Notes under the pieces: generated by a model
Database searches by the model: none
The model's input: the letters and a program-made list of their open reading frames with translations, nothing else
Told to the model about the DNA's origin: nothing
In this document: positions 50,049 through 61,372 of the stretch, piece by piece
Layout: each line of letters opens with the position of its first letter
Position numbering within the stretch: position 1 is the stretch's first letter
Assembly (NCBI GenBank): GCA_013265495.1
Contig: MU059052.1
Coordinates: 7,884,375 to 7,948,374, forward strand
Direction of reading: 5' to 3'
Source: Vicugna vicugna
Lineage: Eukaryota
Length of the DNA: 64,000 nt
Made by a program: the position numbers and the translations under genes

Positions 50049-51168
50049 TGATGGATGGAGCATACAGGCTAGGGAAGAGCAGATTGAGAGAAGATAGTAG
50101 TTCTGTTTGGGGCATGTTTCTCTAAAATACCAATATTATGTCTCAAGGGACACAGCTGGTAAGATGTGCCTGAAGATCTGGAAAGAGGGGACCATAGCGC
50201 CTAAGATTTAGAAGACATCTTTACCTATGATAGTCTCACCTGCTGGTGTTTTAAATTACATAACAGTTTCTCTTTTCATTCAGACAACTTCAGTTGAGCC
50301 AGAGCAAATTTATAACTTTAGCTTGGGCTTAATCTTTAATCTCTAAATATGACATATGAAATTTTACCACATTTTGATGAGCCAGACTCTCCCAAAAAGG
50401 GTACTGACATAAATGGCTTACTTATAATCAAGTTTAGAAGAAAAATTCAGGCATATTATAAATAATACATTCTCAATGGATATTAGAGATCAATAGTCAC
50501 AACCTGGCATCTAGACATTAACAACAACGAAGATTTTGTATATGTTCTCCAAAAGCTGACTGAAAATAATAACATACTAGTTGAGATTGAGATGAATTGA
50601 CTCAAAAATACCAGTCATGCGTTTTTAACCTTCCTAAACTTCATGATCTACAGAGCTTGTGTTCCAGGAGCAACTTGGATATTGGTTTGGTTACGTTAAA
50701 CAGCATTACAGTGAAAACATTTGCTTTAATAAAGACTTTCCTTTAACCTAAACCTCTGATTTCATTAGAAAATGGAGAACACTAGTGCTAAAGTAGATGA
50801 AACTAGCCAGGCTAAGAAAATGTCTGGCTTTCCAAACCTCAGGGTATAAAAATGAACAGGCTCAGAATATTTTGCAGAAATAAATATTATCTCAATTTTG
50901 TGTACGTAAGGCAGTTTCAACTTTTCCAAGACCAAATGCAAGATATTCTTGATGACTCTTGCCTGTTGTAACATGCCAGAGATACCTTCCTGTCATGCTG
51001 GGACACCAACTCACCCTAACACATAAATAGCTCACACATGATTTCTTTCATTTCTTGAAGCAATTATTTGAATAACAGCAGAGTAATTCTTTCAGTCTCT
51101 TTACTGGATCTAAAAGCTACTCAAATCATATCAAACAGAATATCTAGCCAGACAGCCTAGGTTTAATT

Positions 51169-51497
51169 CTGTCTTTGTCCCTTATTAACTGTCACCTTGG
51201 ACAAGATGTTGAATCTCTTTGTGCCTTGTTTTCCTGTCTGTAAAATGGAGCAATGACTGTCCTTAGAGCTTCGGTCACACCATGTGCCATATCAATTTGC
51301 CAAAGTAAAAATTAATTCCACCTGCCTAGATGAATAGGGGTTCCAGCTTCCTCCAGGGGCCCATCCCTAGTATCATCAAGAAGCTACAGAGGTGCTTACT
51401 TATCTCCAAAGGGTGATTCCCCTTATTTTGCAACTACAATTCAGGCAGAATTTCCTGGGACAAGAGAACTCTACCAATATTGTTTATATGCTGGCAA
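51169..51497 (-). repeat. Right arm of long inverted repeat (329 bp)
   Basis: Reverse complement of 49724-50048; 1120-bp spacer; inner end lies inside a MIR that continues to ~51146 only on this side. Confidence 0.97.
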
Positions 51498-52247
51498 GAA
51501 ACTGCAAAGAGCAAACTGTGACCTGAAGTGAGCGGAAGAAAATCTCTCAAAATGTTTGTGACCTCTCAAAAAGTAGTGTGTTAGAGAGTTAATAAAAATG
51601 AAGCTCAAATAGACAAACACAGGAACTTAGGATAATCCTAAACCCAAATATAGAAAGCAGCAAAGCATTTCTACCTCCATCTACCACCTTGTCAGGGTCT
51701 TTTATATTGTGATCAAAGAATGTCTAAATGGAAACCAAAATGAAAGCTGGAAATATTTTCTTATGGGTGATTTCCCTGATACTCATATTTTCTCCTAAAA
51801 TATGATTCAACATGAATTCATATTTTTCCCCTGAAAGCTATGGATTTTTTTTTATAGAAAGTGATTTGCTTTTTCACCACGAAGAGTCAGTAACCCAGTG
51901 AGAAGAAACTGCATCATAACCAGAACATGAGTTAAATACTACTAGCAGCCCTATGTGACAGCATCCAGGACAGTGTGTCCAGAGGCACTAAGTGGGCGTG
52001 CTACAATATACCCTGTCCACCTGGACCCTGAACCCTGGAGCAGCTCTCAAGGCCAGGAGTGACTCTCATGGCTCATCTGGAGCTTCTCAGAAGGCAGCTA
52101 GAATCCTGCTATGGTCCATGCAGGGGGCATATACAACAGCCATTCCTGACACTCTGCACAGATGGGATGCAGCAGCCAGTGCACCCCTTCACTTTAGCAG
52201 GCAGCTACCAGGTTCCTGTTGCTCACCAGGGATAGGGACAAAGGCCC

Positions 52248-52725
52248 TGTATTAGTTTCCTGTGGCTACTGTATGCATTACCACAAATGTGGCAGCTTAA
52301 AATAGCAGAAATTTATTCTCTTGTGGTTCTGGAGGTCAGAAGTCTGAAATCGAGGTGTCATTTGGGTTACATTCCCTCTGGAGACTCTAGGGAAGACTCT
52401 TCCTTTGCCTCTTCTGTCTTTTGCCTCTGCTGTTGGCATGTATTCCTTGACTTGTGGCCTTGTGGCTGCATCACTCCAATATCTGCCTCTGTGGCCATAT
52501 CATCTCTTCCTCTTCTTTCTGTCAAATNNNNNNNNNNNNNNNNNNNNNNNNNNNNNNNNNNNNNNNNNNNNNNNNNNNNNNNNNNNNNNNNNNNNNNNNN
52601 NNNNNNNNNNNNNNNNNNNNNNNNNNNNNNNNNNNNNNNNNNNNNNNNNNNNNNNNNNNNNNNNNNNNNNNNNNNNNNNNNNNNNNNNNNNNNNNNNNTT
52701 TAGGAGGTCATTATTCAACTTACCA
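52248..52725 (-). mobile_element. ERVL-MaLR solo LTR (MLT1C-like) spanning N-run 52528-52698
   Basis: tgtattagtttcctgtggct...attaccacaaatgtggcagcttaaaatagcagaaatttattctc...gttctggaggtcagaagtctgaaatc...ctctagggaaga..cttcctttgcctcttc...ggctgcatcactccaatatctgcctc; resumes ggaggtcattattcaacttacca. Confidence 0.85.
52528..52698. other. N-run, 171 bp
   Basis: Direct count. Confidence 0.99.
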
Positions 52726-53168
52726 TGGGACACATGAAGCTGCTGAAGGAATTGATGCTGGAAATGCCAAACAGCTTAAGGTGAACCTGGTAGAGGGTCA
52801 GGAGAGAGGCAGGAAGAGGAAGGAAGCCTAAGTGGAATTTGGGGAAGGGGTAGCTCCAGGCAATGGCCCCCCATTTCTTCACATACATTGAGTGTTTCTT
52901 TCTGTTTTCAGTTGATGTGCTGGCTGCCTGGTAGATTTTCTGACTTGTATATCTGGCCCTAAATAGAGCTTTGCCATTATCTCAAGAAACTTAATATGAA
53001 AAAATTCTATTGGATTAAAAAATCTGTTTTCTTTAACAAAGAAAATTTCAGTGTTACAGTTGTGAGTAGAGAAAGAAGAGGTTGCTAAAATTTTCAAATA
53101 TAATTTTAACTTGCAGTATTTTGATGGTTTTATTTTTCATCATCTATGCAAAAAAAAAGTGTCTAACC

Positions 53169-53422
53169 CATAGAATACAAACTTGTGATTGCCAAGGGGG
53201 CGGAGGGTGGGAAGGGATAGACAGGATTTCAAAATTGTAGAATAGATAAACAAGATTATACTGTATAGCACAGGGAAATATACACAAAATCTTATGGTAG
53301 CTCACAGAGAAAAAGATGTAACAATGAATATATATATGCTCATGTATAACTGAAAAATCGTGCTGAACACTGGAATTTGACACAACATTGTAAAATGATT
53401 ATAAATCAATAAAAAATGTTTT
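53169..53422 (+). mobile_element. 5'-truncated young L1 (3' UTR only) with perfect TSD
   Basis: 18-bp perfect TSD aaaaaaaagtgtctaacc at 53151-53168 and 53423-53440; L1-type end acaacattgtaaaatgattataaatcaataaaaaa. Confidence 0.92.
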
Positions 53423-53810
53423 AAAAAAAAGTGTCTAACCAACGATGATTATCAAGAGTTTGCAGCGTTCATCATTCAAAAGGCTCAAACAGAAAGTGCG
53501 TAGCCACTTTAGGTATAAAAGAAAGATCCAAAAAATTCAGGCTCACCAAAGCAAACTTAAGTTTCTCATTTTAAAAACAGCAAAGGTTTACCAGCTTTAT
53601 ATGATGGCAATAGTCAACTTCTTCATTAACACTTTGTGTTTTTACCATAATTACATAAATAAAGAATATAATCAGTTTTTTCAACAAATTATCTCCCTAA
53701 AGATGCCTCCAAATTACCTCCAATTTAGCTCAATGTGAAAAAGTTGGGAAAACTAATACATGAGTTAAGCATAAAAAAAAAGTGTGCTATATAAAATATA
53801 TATGTAGCTC

Positions 53811-53814
<4 letters not shown>

Positions 53815-53857
<43 letters not shown>

Positions 53858-53921
53858 CATTTATATAACACATACCTAGATACATACACACACCTATATA
53901 TGCTTTTATATGTCTATATCA

Positions 53922-53960
<39 letters not shown>
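53815..53960. repeat. Compound microsatellite: (TA)n 53815-53857 and (TCTA)9 53923-53960
   Basis: Directly visible; TA run interrupted once by G at 53844. Confidence 0.95.
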
Positions 53961-54254
53961 AGCAATAGCAGAAGAGTTCGGGAAAGAAGGAGCAAAGAAA
54001 ACAAGAAGATAACTATGATTAGATTTGCCTCAGATCCAGCAAAGCCCTTGCAGAAATTTGATGACTGAAAACCACAAAAAGGAAGTAGTCAGAAGTGAAT
54101 ATAAGGAGTGAGAAGTAAAAGAAAACTGATCAAAAGGAACAGAACAGCAATTACATAAGAAAACATTTTCTCTCTCTCAAGGCAATAGGGATTAGTGGTC
54201 AAAAATGAACCCAAACCTAAAACACTATTAACATTCACATTAAAAAATCTAATA

Positions 54255-54595
54255 GTGTGACTAGACTATTCACACAGTGCAATATTATAGGAATTACAGT
54301 GAACAACATAATAGCATAACATAATGACATAAAACTTCATATAATGCTGAGCAAAAAAATTATGGCATAAAAGAATGTATATTGTGTGATTCCATTTATA
54401 TAAAATACAATGCATTTATGGCATTGATGGGCAGGGTAGTGGTGGTCTTTAGGAGGTTATAGACTAGAAATGGATTCTGAGTTGTTGACAATATTTTATT
54501 TCTTAATCTGAGGGTTTGGTTACCTAGGTATGGTCAGTTTGTGAAAATTCATTGAACTTCACACTACTGATCTGTGACCTTTCTATCAAATTAAA
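54255..54595 (+). mobile_element. Ancient L1 (L1ME-like) 3' end
   Basis: tattcacacagtgcaatattataggaat...ataatgctgagcaaaaaaa...aaaagaatgtatattgtgtgattccatttatataaaatacaa...tttatttcttaatctgaggg..tggttacctaggtatggtcagtttgtgaaaattcattgaact. Confidence 0.65.
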
Positions 54596-56478
54596 ACAGC
54601 AGGACAAACTGTAAAATAAATGCCTCTCTTACTTTTCTTACTGAGGCTTCCTTTTTTGGGGAAATGTTATTTATTGGAATAAAACACCACTGCTCTCGAT
54701 GAAAATAAAAACAATAAACCAAGGGCTTATATGTCCTTCAGTAACAAGTGTCTATTTAAAGGTTAGGTGTAGGAGCATGATAGTAAATGTGACTGGGACT
54801 ATGGGGAAGTAGAGAATGATTTTTGATCAAAGATGAACAGTGCTGTTTCCTCTGTTGAGTTTGAGGTAGATTGGAATCCAGATTTTCTGTACTCAAAGAC
54901 TTATTTAGCTACCCCAAGTGTGGCAGGGGCTGTTGATGCTCCCTTCATCCCCCAGACTCTCTTAGAGTTCCGGCAGGGCTATGTGACCAGTTATCTCTGG
55001 TGAGTTGGGAGTGGGAATGGCACATGTCACTTTGAGACCAGCCTTATTCTCCTACCTCTCTTTCTAACACATTAGGAAACAAGATTTTATGTAGCAGAAA
55101 TTGAGAACAGGGTGGGAATAAATTTAAGGAAATCACTCATTCACATCAAAATGTGAAAGGTTAGTAGAAACAAAAGAACCATTGTTATACACAATAATTG
55201 CATGATTTAAAAATTGTTTTCTTTATCTTCTGCTACTTTCTTCAAACTTCACTAAAAGTAGCTTTGATAGCTTGGGTTTTATTGTGTTTTGAATATGGTC
55301 AAATAAAAAAGATAACATTCATTTGAAACCTCTCTCTGTCTCTGACCCTTTCTGTCCCTGTCTCTCTGTCTCTCTGTCTCTGTCTCTCTCACAAACAAAC
55401 ACACAAATATACCCACTCTTTTTCTACGTTTATTCTTAATATTTCAAAATCTTCTACCACCATGAAGAAATATGAGCAAAAAGTCAAAAAAATTTAGACC
55501 TAAATGTTGCTTATGGATTGCTAACTGAGAGCAACCCAGCATCCAGGATGATTCAATAATTAACATTGCTCTTCCATTTAATGGTAAAAGAAGAAAATGT
55601 GGGCAATGGGGAGAGGGAAGAAGGAAGGGAGAGAAAGAACAGGGAGTGATTGGGTTTAAGAGGAGGTGGGAGTCTTAGAAATACAGAAGTACAAGTTCTT
55701 AGGAAAAGAAAAAGGCTATTTTTAGAGAAAGTTATATGGCAGAAAGGAGTCCACTATCAAAGCACTGGGTTTATAGTTTAATGCTTATTCTTCTATATAC
55801 TTCTTTGTTAATTTCTTCAATTTATTTAGCTGGCTCACAAAATTGCACCACTCTCTTCAAACAGGCAGACAAAGTACAGTCAAGAAAGATAACTAGGAAA
55901 CTGTCCAAGACTTTATATTGCTCGTTACAGCAGGGTCCCTTGTAACAGTTTTTTTTTTAATAGAAATATGTAGGCCAGTGGTTTCTTAGGAAGAAAGCAG
56001 CCTTCATGCTCCAGAAACTCATGGTGAGGTCGCTGAAAAGAACAAGCCATGCACACAGAAACATGCCCAGAAGAAACAGTCATTCCCTGGATTGAAATGT
56101 TAGATCTGCTTTGAAATAGCTGAGGTGATGCCAAGCTCTCTGGGAAAAAGTGGGAGTAAAACCCAGCAAGGTCATTCACCTTGGGAGCTCAGGTAAGAGT
56201 GGGTTTGGCCAATCAGTTTACAGCCATACTCTTATTCAATCTAGTTGATTCCTCAGTGGGTGGGACTTAGGATTCCATACCCAAGAAATTAACAGGTGAA
56301 GAAACCAATTTAAGAAGAGGAAAAAAATAAAAATTAAAAAAAAAAACCTGACTACTAGGAGCAAATAGAAGACTTGGTTTTGGGCAAACAGAATGCTAGA
56401 GGTTGGCGTGACATGAGGGTGAAAGTTGACCAGATCTGGAGACCAGAATCCTAGACTCTATCTAGTTTGCACCTTGTG

Positions 56479-57043
56479 TGAGTCACTTTTTATGTCTGAT
56501 CTTCATTTTCCTCATCTTTTAAAATGAGTAGACTTTTATTAGATGAGCCATGAGACTTCCTGTCATCCAAAACAATAAACACTATGCCCAGTTTTCTGAT
56601 TGGGTCAAAAGTCTGACTCAATATGACTCACAGAGTGTGGCTTTGTTCTGGCTTATCCTTGGCCCTGGAACATCCAGAAGCCTAGTTAATTCCTCCTCTG
56701 GGCTCTCTACTGCTTGTATAATGGTAAGACTTCTCACAACACAGTGCTCATGCCCCAAGCCCCAAGCCCCATCCTTACTGCTGGGAATTTGGCTCTAACT
56801 CTGGCCATCTCTCTGGTGATCCAAACCTCTAGAGATTTGCCTAACCATGTTTGCTGTAGAAAGCTGAACCCTCATGCTGGATTGGGATTTAGATGGTCAA
56901 TGCTGTTTTCTCTTCCTTAAAAACTGAGTGTAAAATATTTCTGAATTGAAATGATTGATATAATGTGTTAACATTTATTTCTGAGGCATTATTCTAGCAA
57001 TTAATGAGTCACATGGGAGCTCCAAAATAGCAATCCAGGAATG
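56479..57043. promoter_or_regulatory. Candidate AP-1/TEAD enhancer
   Basis: TGAGTCA 56479-56485, TGACTCA 56614-56620, TGACTCA 56624-56630, TGAGTCA 57005-57011, GGAATG 57038-57043. Confidence 0.4.
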
Positions 57044-57464
57044 AATGTTGAACAAGCTATAAAAGAAATGTCAGAGTTTTAACAAGTGGTGGCCTCGAGT
57101 AAATCACACCAGCCTAGGAAATAGCAATGCTTATCATACACTGAACTAACTATATACAGCCCCCACCACAATTCAAGATGTACATCTTTTGAAAACAACT
57201 GAATTTAGTAAATATAAGAAACAATAGATCAGTAGATCTTCACTCTGGCTACATATTCACTCAGGGAAATTTTTTAAAGTATACTTTTGCCCCCAACCAA
57301 TTAAGTTAGGTTCTCTGCGATGAGGCCAAGGTGCTGGTATAAGTGTTAAGTTTCCCAGGTGACAATGCTTCTTCAGCAGACACAGTTGGCAAACATGCAT
57401 TTTATGGCCTCTTCCAGGGCAGCTTCCATAGAGTGGGTAGTAGTAGGAATTGAAATGAATAGGT

Positions 57465-57620
57465 TTAGGGGTCAAATTATGACTCTCATTTACAAGCTGT
57501 GTGTCCTTAGGCAAATCATCTAACCTTTCTTAGACTCAATTTCCCCAAATAATAAGGAGACAAATTGTTGAGAAAGCATAGTTAGGCATATTTGAAAATA
57601 TTTGATACATAATAGATGTT
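57465..57620 (+). mobile_element. MIR SINE
   Basis: ggggtcaaattatgactctcatttacaagctgtgtgtccttaggcaaatcatctaacctttcttagactcaatttcccc. Confidence 0.7.
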
Positions 57621-58440
57621 CAAAAGGTATTCGTCAAATGTTGGATTTGTTTTCTTCTACTTTGTTAGTTTAATTTTAAATGGCAGGAAGTAGCTAGTTA
57701 TTTCAAGTGGGACAATCTCAGTATTGAGCATGGTCACTATAGTAAATAAGCTGCCTGTAAAATATATGTGAAAAATGAATGTAGATGTTGATTTTGTTCT
57801 CATTTCCCTCCAGCTGAGATATCTAGTTGCAGATCTGCGGTCAGACTAATTCAAGTGGGCGTTCTGGTAAACAAGGAGGTTAGAGCCTACTTCTGAGCGG
57901 ATGATGGAGATGCATGAGGCTGACCTCCAACGTGTGGATGTGGTGGCAGCACTGAGGTCAAATGGAGAGGCGGATGCCTCCTCGGCCTCTTAGGCCCATC
58001 TCCATCACTGTTGAGATCTACAGAGTCAAGAATCCATGGTAATGAAAGCATGAACTATGCTTTTTCTTTTTTTATATAAGAGTTGTCCTGGCTGTGATCT
58101 TTGAGGGAGGTGAATAAATAAGGAAAATAAAAATGTAGGGAAAAGGGAAATAATTACATAAATACTTAAGAAAATTGCAGACAAAATTGTCTGAGAACCA
58201 TTTTCCCAAATGACTGCTTTGTATTTTCCAGGTTGTTGTTATTTTAGTTTATCTTTTTTTTTTTAAGTTTCCTTAGTATGTGTATTTTAGAAATTTAGAA
58301 AGTAAGAGCTGTCCAAATGAAAATTAAAATGTAGTACATCCTGCTTCATAGTGAATGCTCCCCCACCTTAAATCTGGATGGTTTTTCAAAACTTGGTTCC
58401 ACAAACAGTGTGGAAAACTCCTCAAAGTTAGTACAACCAG

Positions 58441-58565
58441 TTTTTTGTTGTTGTTTTGGAGGGGAGGTATTTAGGTTTATTTATTTATTTTTAATAGCAG
58501 TACTGAGGACTGAACCCAGTATGCATGCTTGGCATGCACTCTACCACTGAGCCACATCCTCCCCA
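58441..58565 (-). mobile_element. tRNA-derived lineage-specific SINE (camelid Vic-1-like)
   Basis: Revcomp ggggaggatgtggctcagtggtagagtgcatgccaagcatgcatactgggttcagtcc..agtact..tattaaaaataaataaataaacctaaatacctcccc; TSD ttagtacaacc (58428-58438) / ttagcacaacc (58567-58577). Confidence 0.9.
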
Positions 58566-58910
58566 CTTAGCACAACCTGTTTTCAGTCTGCTACATTAGC
58601 GATATGTTGCTGCAATATACAAAACAACAAGCTTTCTGGTTATTCCACAGAAATTTAAATCTTAAAGATATCTGTAGAAATCAGCTATCTAATCTCTCTT
58701 GTTGAGTTACATAAAAGCTAAACAACCTTTCAACTTATCAATAGCAGTGCTAGTAAGAACAGAATCTAGGTATTTTAATTTCATTGATGCTGTTATTACA
58801 GCTACCTGGCATCTGGGTTTGAAGCAGGCTTCTATGTGGTCTTTATTTTTTGAGAAATAGATTATATTGCTTCAAAAGAAATAACTTCCAGCTGTATTAA
58901 AAGTTGGTAT

Positions 58911-59179
58911 CAATGAATACAGTCTAAGGATCTAATGTGTAACATTGGAACTATAGTTGATAATAATGAATTATATAATTGGAATTTTCTAAGAAAGTAA
59001 AACTAAAATGTTCTTAGCCCCACATACACAAAGATAAATCTGTGAGATGATAGATTTGTTAATTAACTAGATAGGAGGAATCCTTTCACAATGTATACAT
59101 ATGTCAAATCATCATGACATATTATTTAAATATTTTATTATTTTATTTGTCAATTATACCTTGATAAAGTAAAAAAAAA
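58911..59179 (+). mobile_element. L1 3' end (L1MA/MB-like)
   Basis: aagtctaaggatctaatgtgtaacatt..aactatagttgataataatgaattatata...gtgagatgatagatttgttaattaactagat..gaggaatcctttcacaatgtatacatatgtcaaatcatca...tttatttgtcaattataccttgataaagt + A tail. Confidence 0.8.
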
Positions 59180-59769
59180 GTTGCTATCAGTTTTCTTCCA
59201 GAAGGATACCTGGATTCTGTATTCCCTGCATCCTCTTATACTTGAAAATTTGCCTGTGACTTTTATAAATGAGTAATATTTTGGCATCTTGTAATATTTC
59301 TGTAAAATCTCTGACCTCAGAATTCTGTAGATACTATTTGTCTGTCTCCTGACATTGACTGCTACTAGAGACAAGTCAGAAGCTGTCTTAATTCCTGTTC
59401 TCATCAGTAACTTCCTTTGTTTTCCAGGTGTGTGAAGAATTATTTTCTTCTTGAAGTTCAAATACTTCAATAACATATCTCAAAGTATTAATTATCCTTT
59501 ATTATTTTTTCAGAGGAAAGTTCCTATTATATATTTTGAATACATTTCTATTCCTTTTGTTGGCATTTCTATTTTAGGGACATCTAGAATCCTTATATTG
59601 AATTTTATCTGTTCATCTTCTATATTTATCATCATTTCTCTAATTCTTTTAATCTCTATGGGCACTGTGGTTATCTAAAATTTTCCACTGTACCAGAATT
59701 TAGATCTCCAGTCATATATATTTTTTCCATTTATTGTACAGTAGTGTTCTAGTTAACAATATGCTTACT

Positions 59770-61372
59770 TGGCTAAAGGCACCACCAAAAAGACTACTAG
59801 AGTTCATCAATGAATTCAGTAAAGTTGCAGGATACAAAATTAACATACAAATATTTCTTGTATTATTATACACTAACAATAAACTATCAGAAAGAGACAC
59901 TAAGGGAAGAATCCCATTTATAATAACAGCAAAAAGAATAAAATACCCAGGAATAAATCTAATAAGGAGGTAAAAGACCTGTACTAAGAANNNNNNNNNN
60001 NNNNNNNNNNNNNNNNNNNNNNNNNNNNNNNNNNNNNNNNNNNNNNNNNNNNNNNNNNNNNNNNNNNNNNNNNNNNNNNNNNNNNNNNNNNNNNNNNNNN
60101 NNNNNNNNNNNNNNNNNNNNNNNNNNNNNNNNNNNNNNNNNNNNNNATTTTTCACAGAACTAGAACAAATAAATTTAAAATTTATATGGAAACACAAAAG
60201 ACCCCTAATAGCCAAAACAATCTTAAGAAAGAAAAACAGAATGGTGGTATCATGCTCCCTGACTTCAGAATATACTACAGTAATCAAAATAGCATGGTAC
60301 TGGCACAAAAATAGATACATAGATCAATGGAACAGGATAGAAAGTCCAGAAATAAACCCATGGACTTATGGTCAATTTATGACAAAGAAGGCAAGAATAT
60401 ACAATGAGAAAGACACAGTCTCATCAATAAATGGTGCTGGGAAACTTGGACAGCTATATGTAAAAGAATGAAATTAGAACATTTTCTCACAACATATACA
60501 AAAATAAACTCAAAAGAGATGAAAAGTCTAAAAGTAAGACCTGAAACAATAAAACTCCTAGAAGAAAACATGGAGAACACACTTTGACATAAATCATAGC
60601 AATATTTTTTGGATCTGTCTCCTAAGGCAAAGGAAACAGAAGTAAAAATAAGCAAATGGGACCTAATTAAACTTAAAAGTTTTTGCACAGCAAAGGAAAT
60701 CAGTGACAAAATAAAAAGACAACCTACTGAATGGGAAAAAAATACTTGCAAATGATATGACTGATAAGGGGTTAATATCCAAAATATAAAAACAACTCAT
60801 ACAACTCAATATCAAAAAAGCAAACTGCCCAATTAAGAAATGGGCACATCTAAATAGACATTTTTCCAAAGAAGACTTACAATGACTGACAGGGACATGA
60901 AGAGATGCTCAACATCGATCATCATCAGGCAAATGCAGTCATAAAAAGAATGAAATTTTGCCATTTGCAACAACATGGATGGACCTGGAGTATTTATCCT
61001 TAGTGTGATAAGTGAGACAGAGAAAGACAAATACTGTATGTTATCACTTATATGTGGAATCTAAAAAATAAAACAAAGGAATAAATATAACAAAACAGAG
61101 ACAGACTCACCAATATAGAGAACAAACAAATGTTTACCAGTGTGGAAGGGGAAGGAGAGAAGGAGGGGCAAGAGAGGGGTAGGAACAAACAACTATGTAA
61201 ATAAACAAGCTACAAAGATAATGCACAGGGCAGGGAATACAGCTAGTACTTTATAATACATTTACATGGAGTATAATCTATAAAAATTTTGAATCACTAT
61301 GTTGTACACCTGAAACTAATATTATATTGTTAATCAACTATATCATAATTAAAAATAATTTAAAAATTAAAA
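59770..61372 (+). mobile_element. L1 ORF2 C-terminal part + 3' UTR, decayed, with internal deletion near 60937
   Basis: Translates KRLLEFINEFSKVAGYKINIQ..LYTNN...IPF.IT.KRIKYPGINL and [25 protein letters not shown] (L1 ORF2 motifs); 3' end atgttgtacacctgaaactaatattatattgttaatcaactata; contains N-run 59991-60146. Confidence 0.93.
59991..60146. other. N-run, 156 bp, inside L1 ORF2
   Basis: Direct count. Confidence 0.99.

Noticed and set aside
49965-51250. Idea that the inverted repeat is just two opposite-strand MIRs
   Set aside because: Identity extends ~240 bp into non-MIR sequence and is 100% over 217 bp, far above what two independent ancient MIRs would share.
25035-60320. ORFs spanning N-runs (e.g. 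26126-26578, 32699-33103, 52287-52703, 59712-60320)
   Set aside because: Their length is an artefact of X codons; only the in-frame TES exon parts and L1 ORF2 remnants are real.
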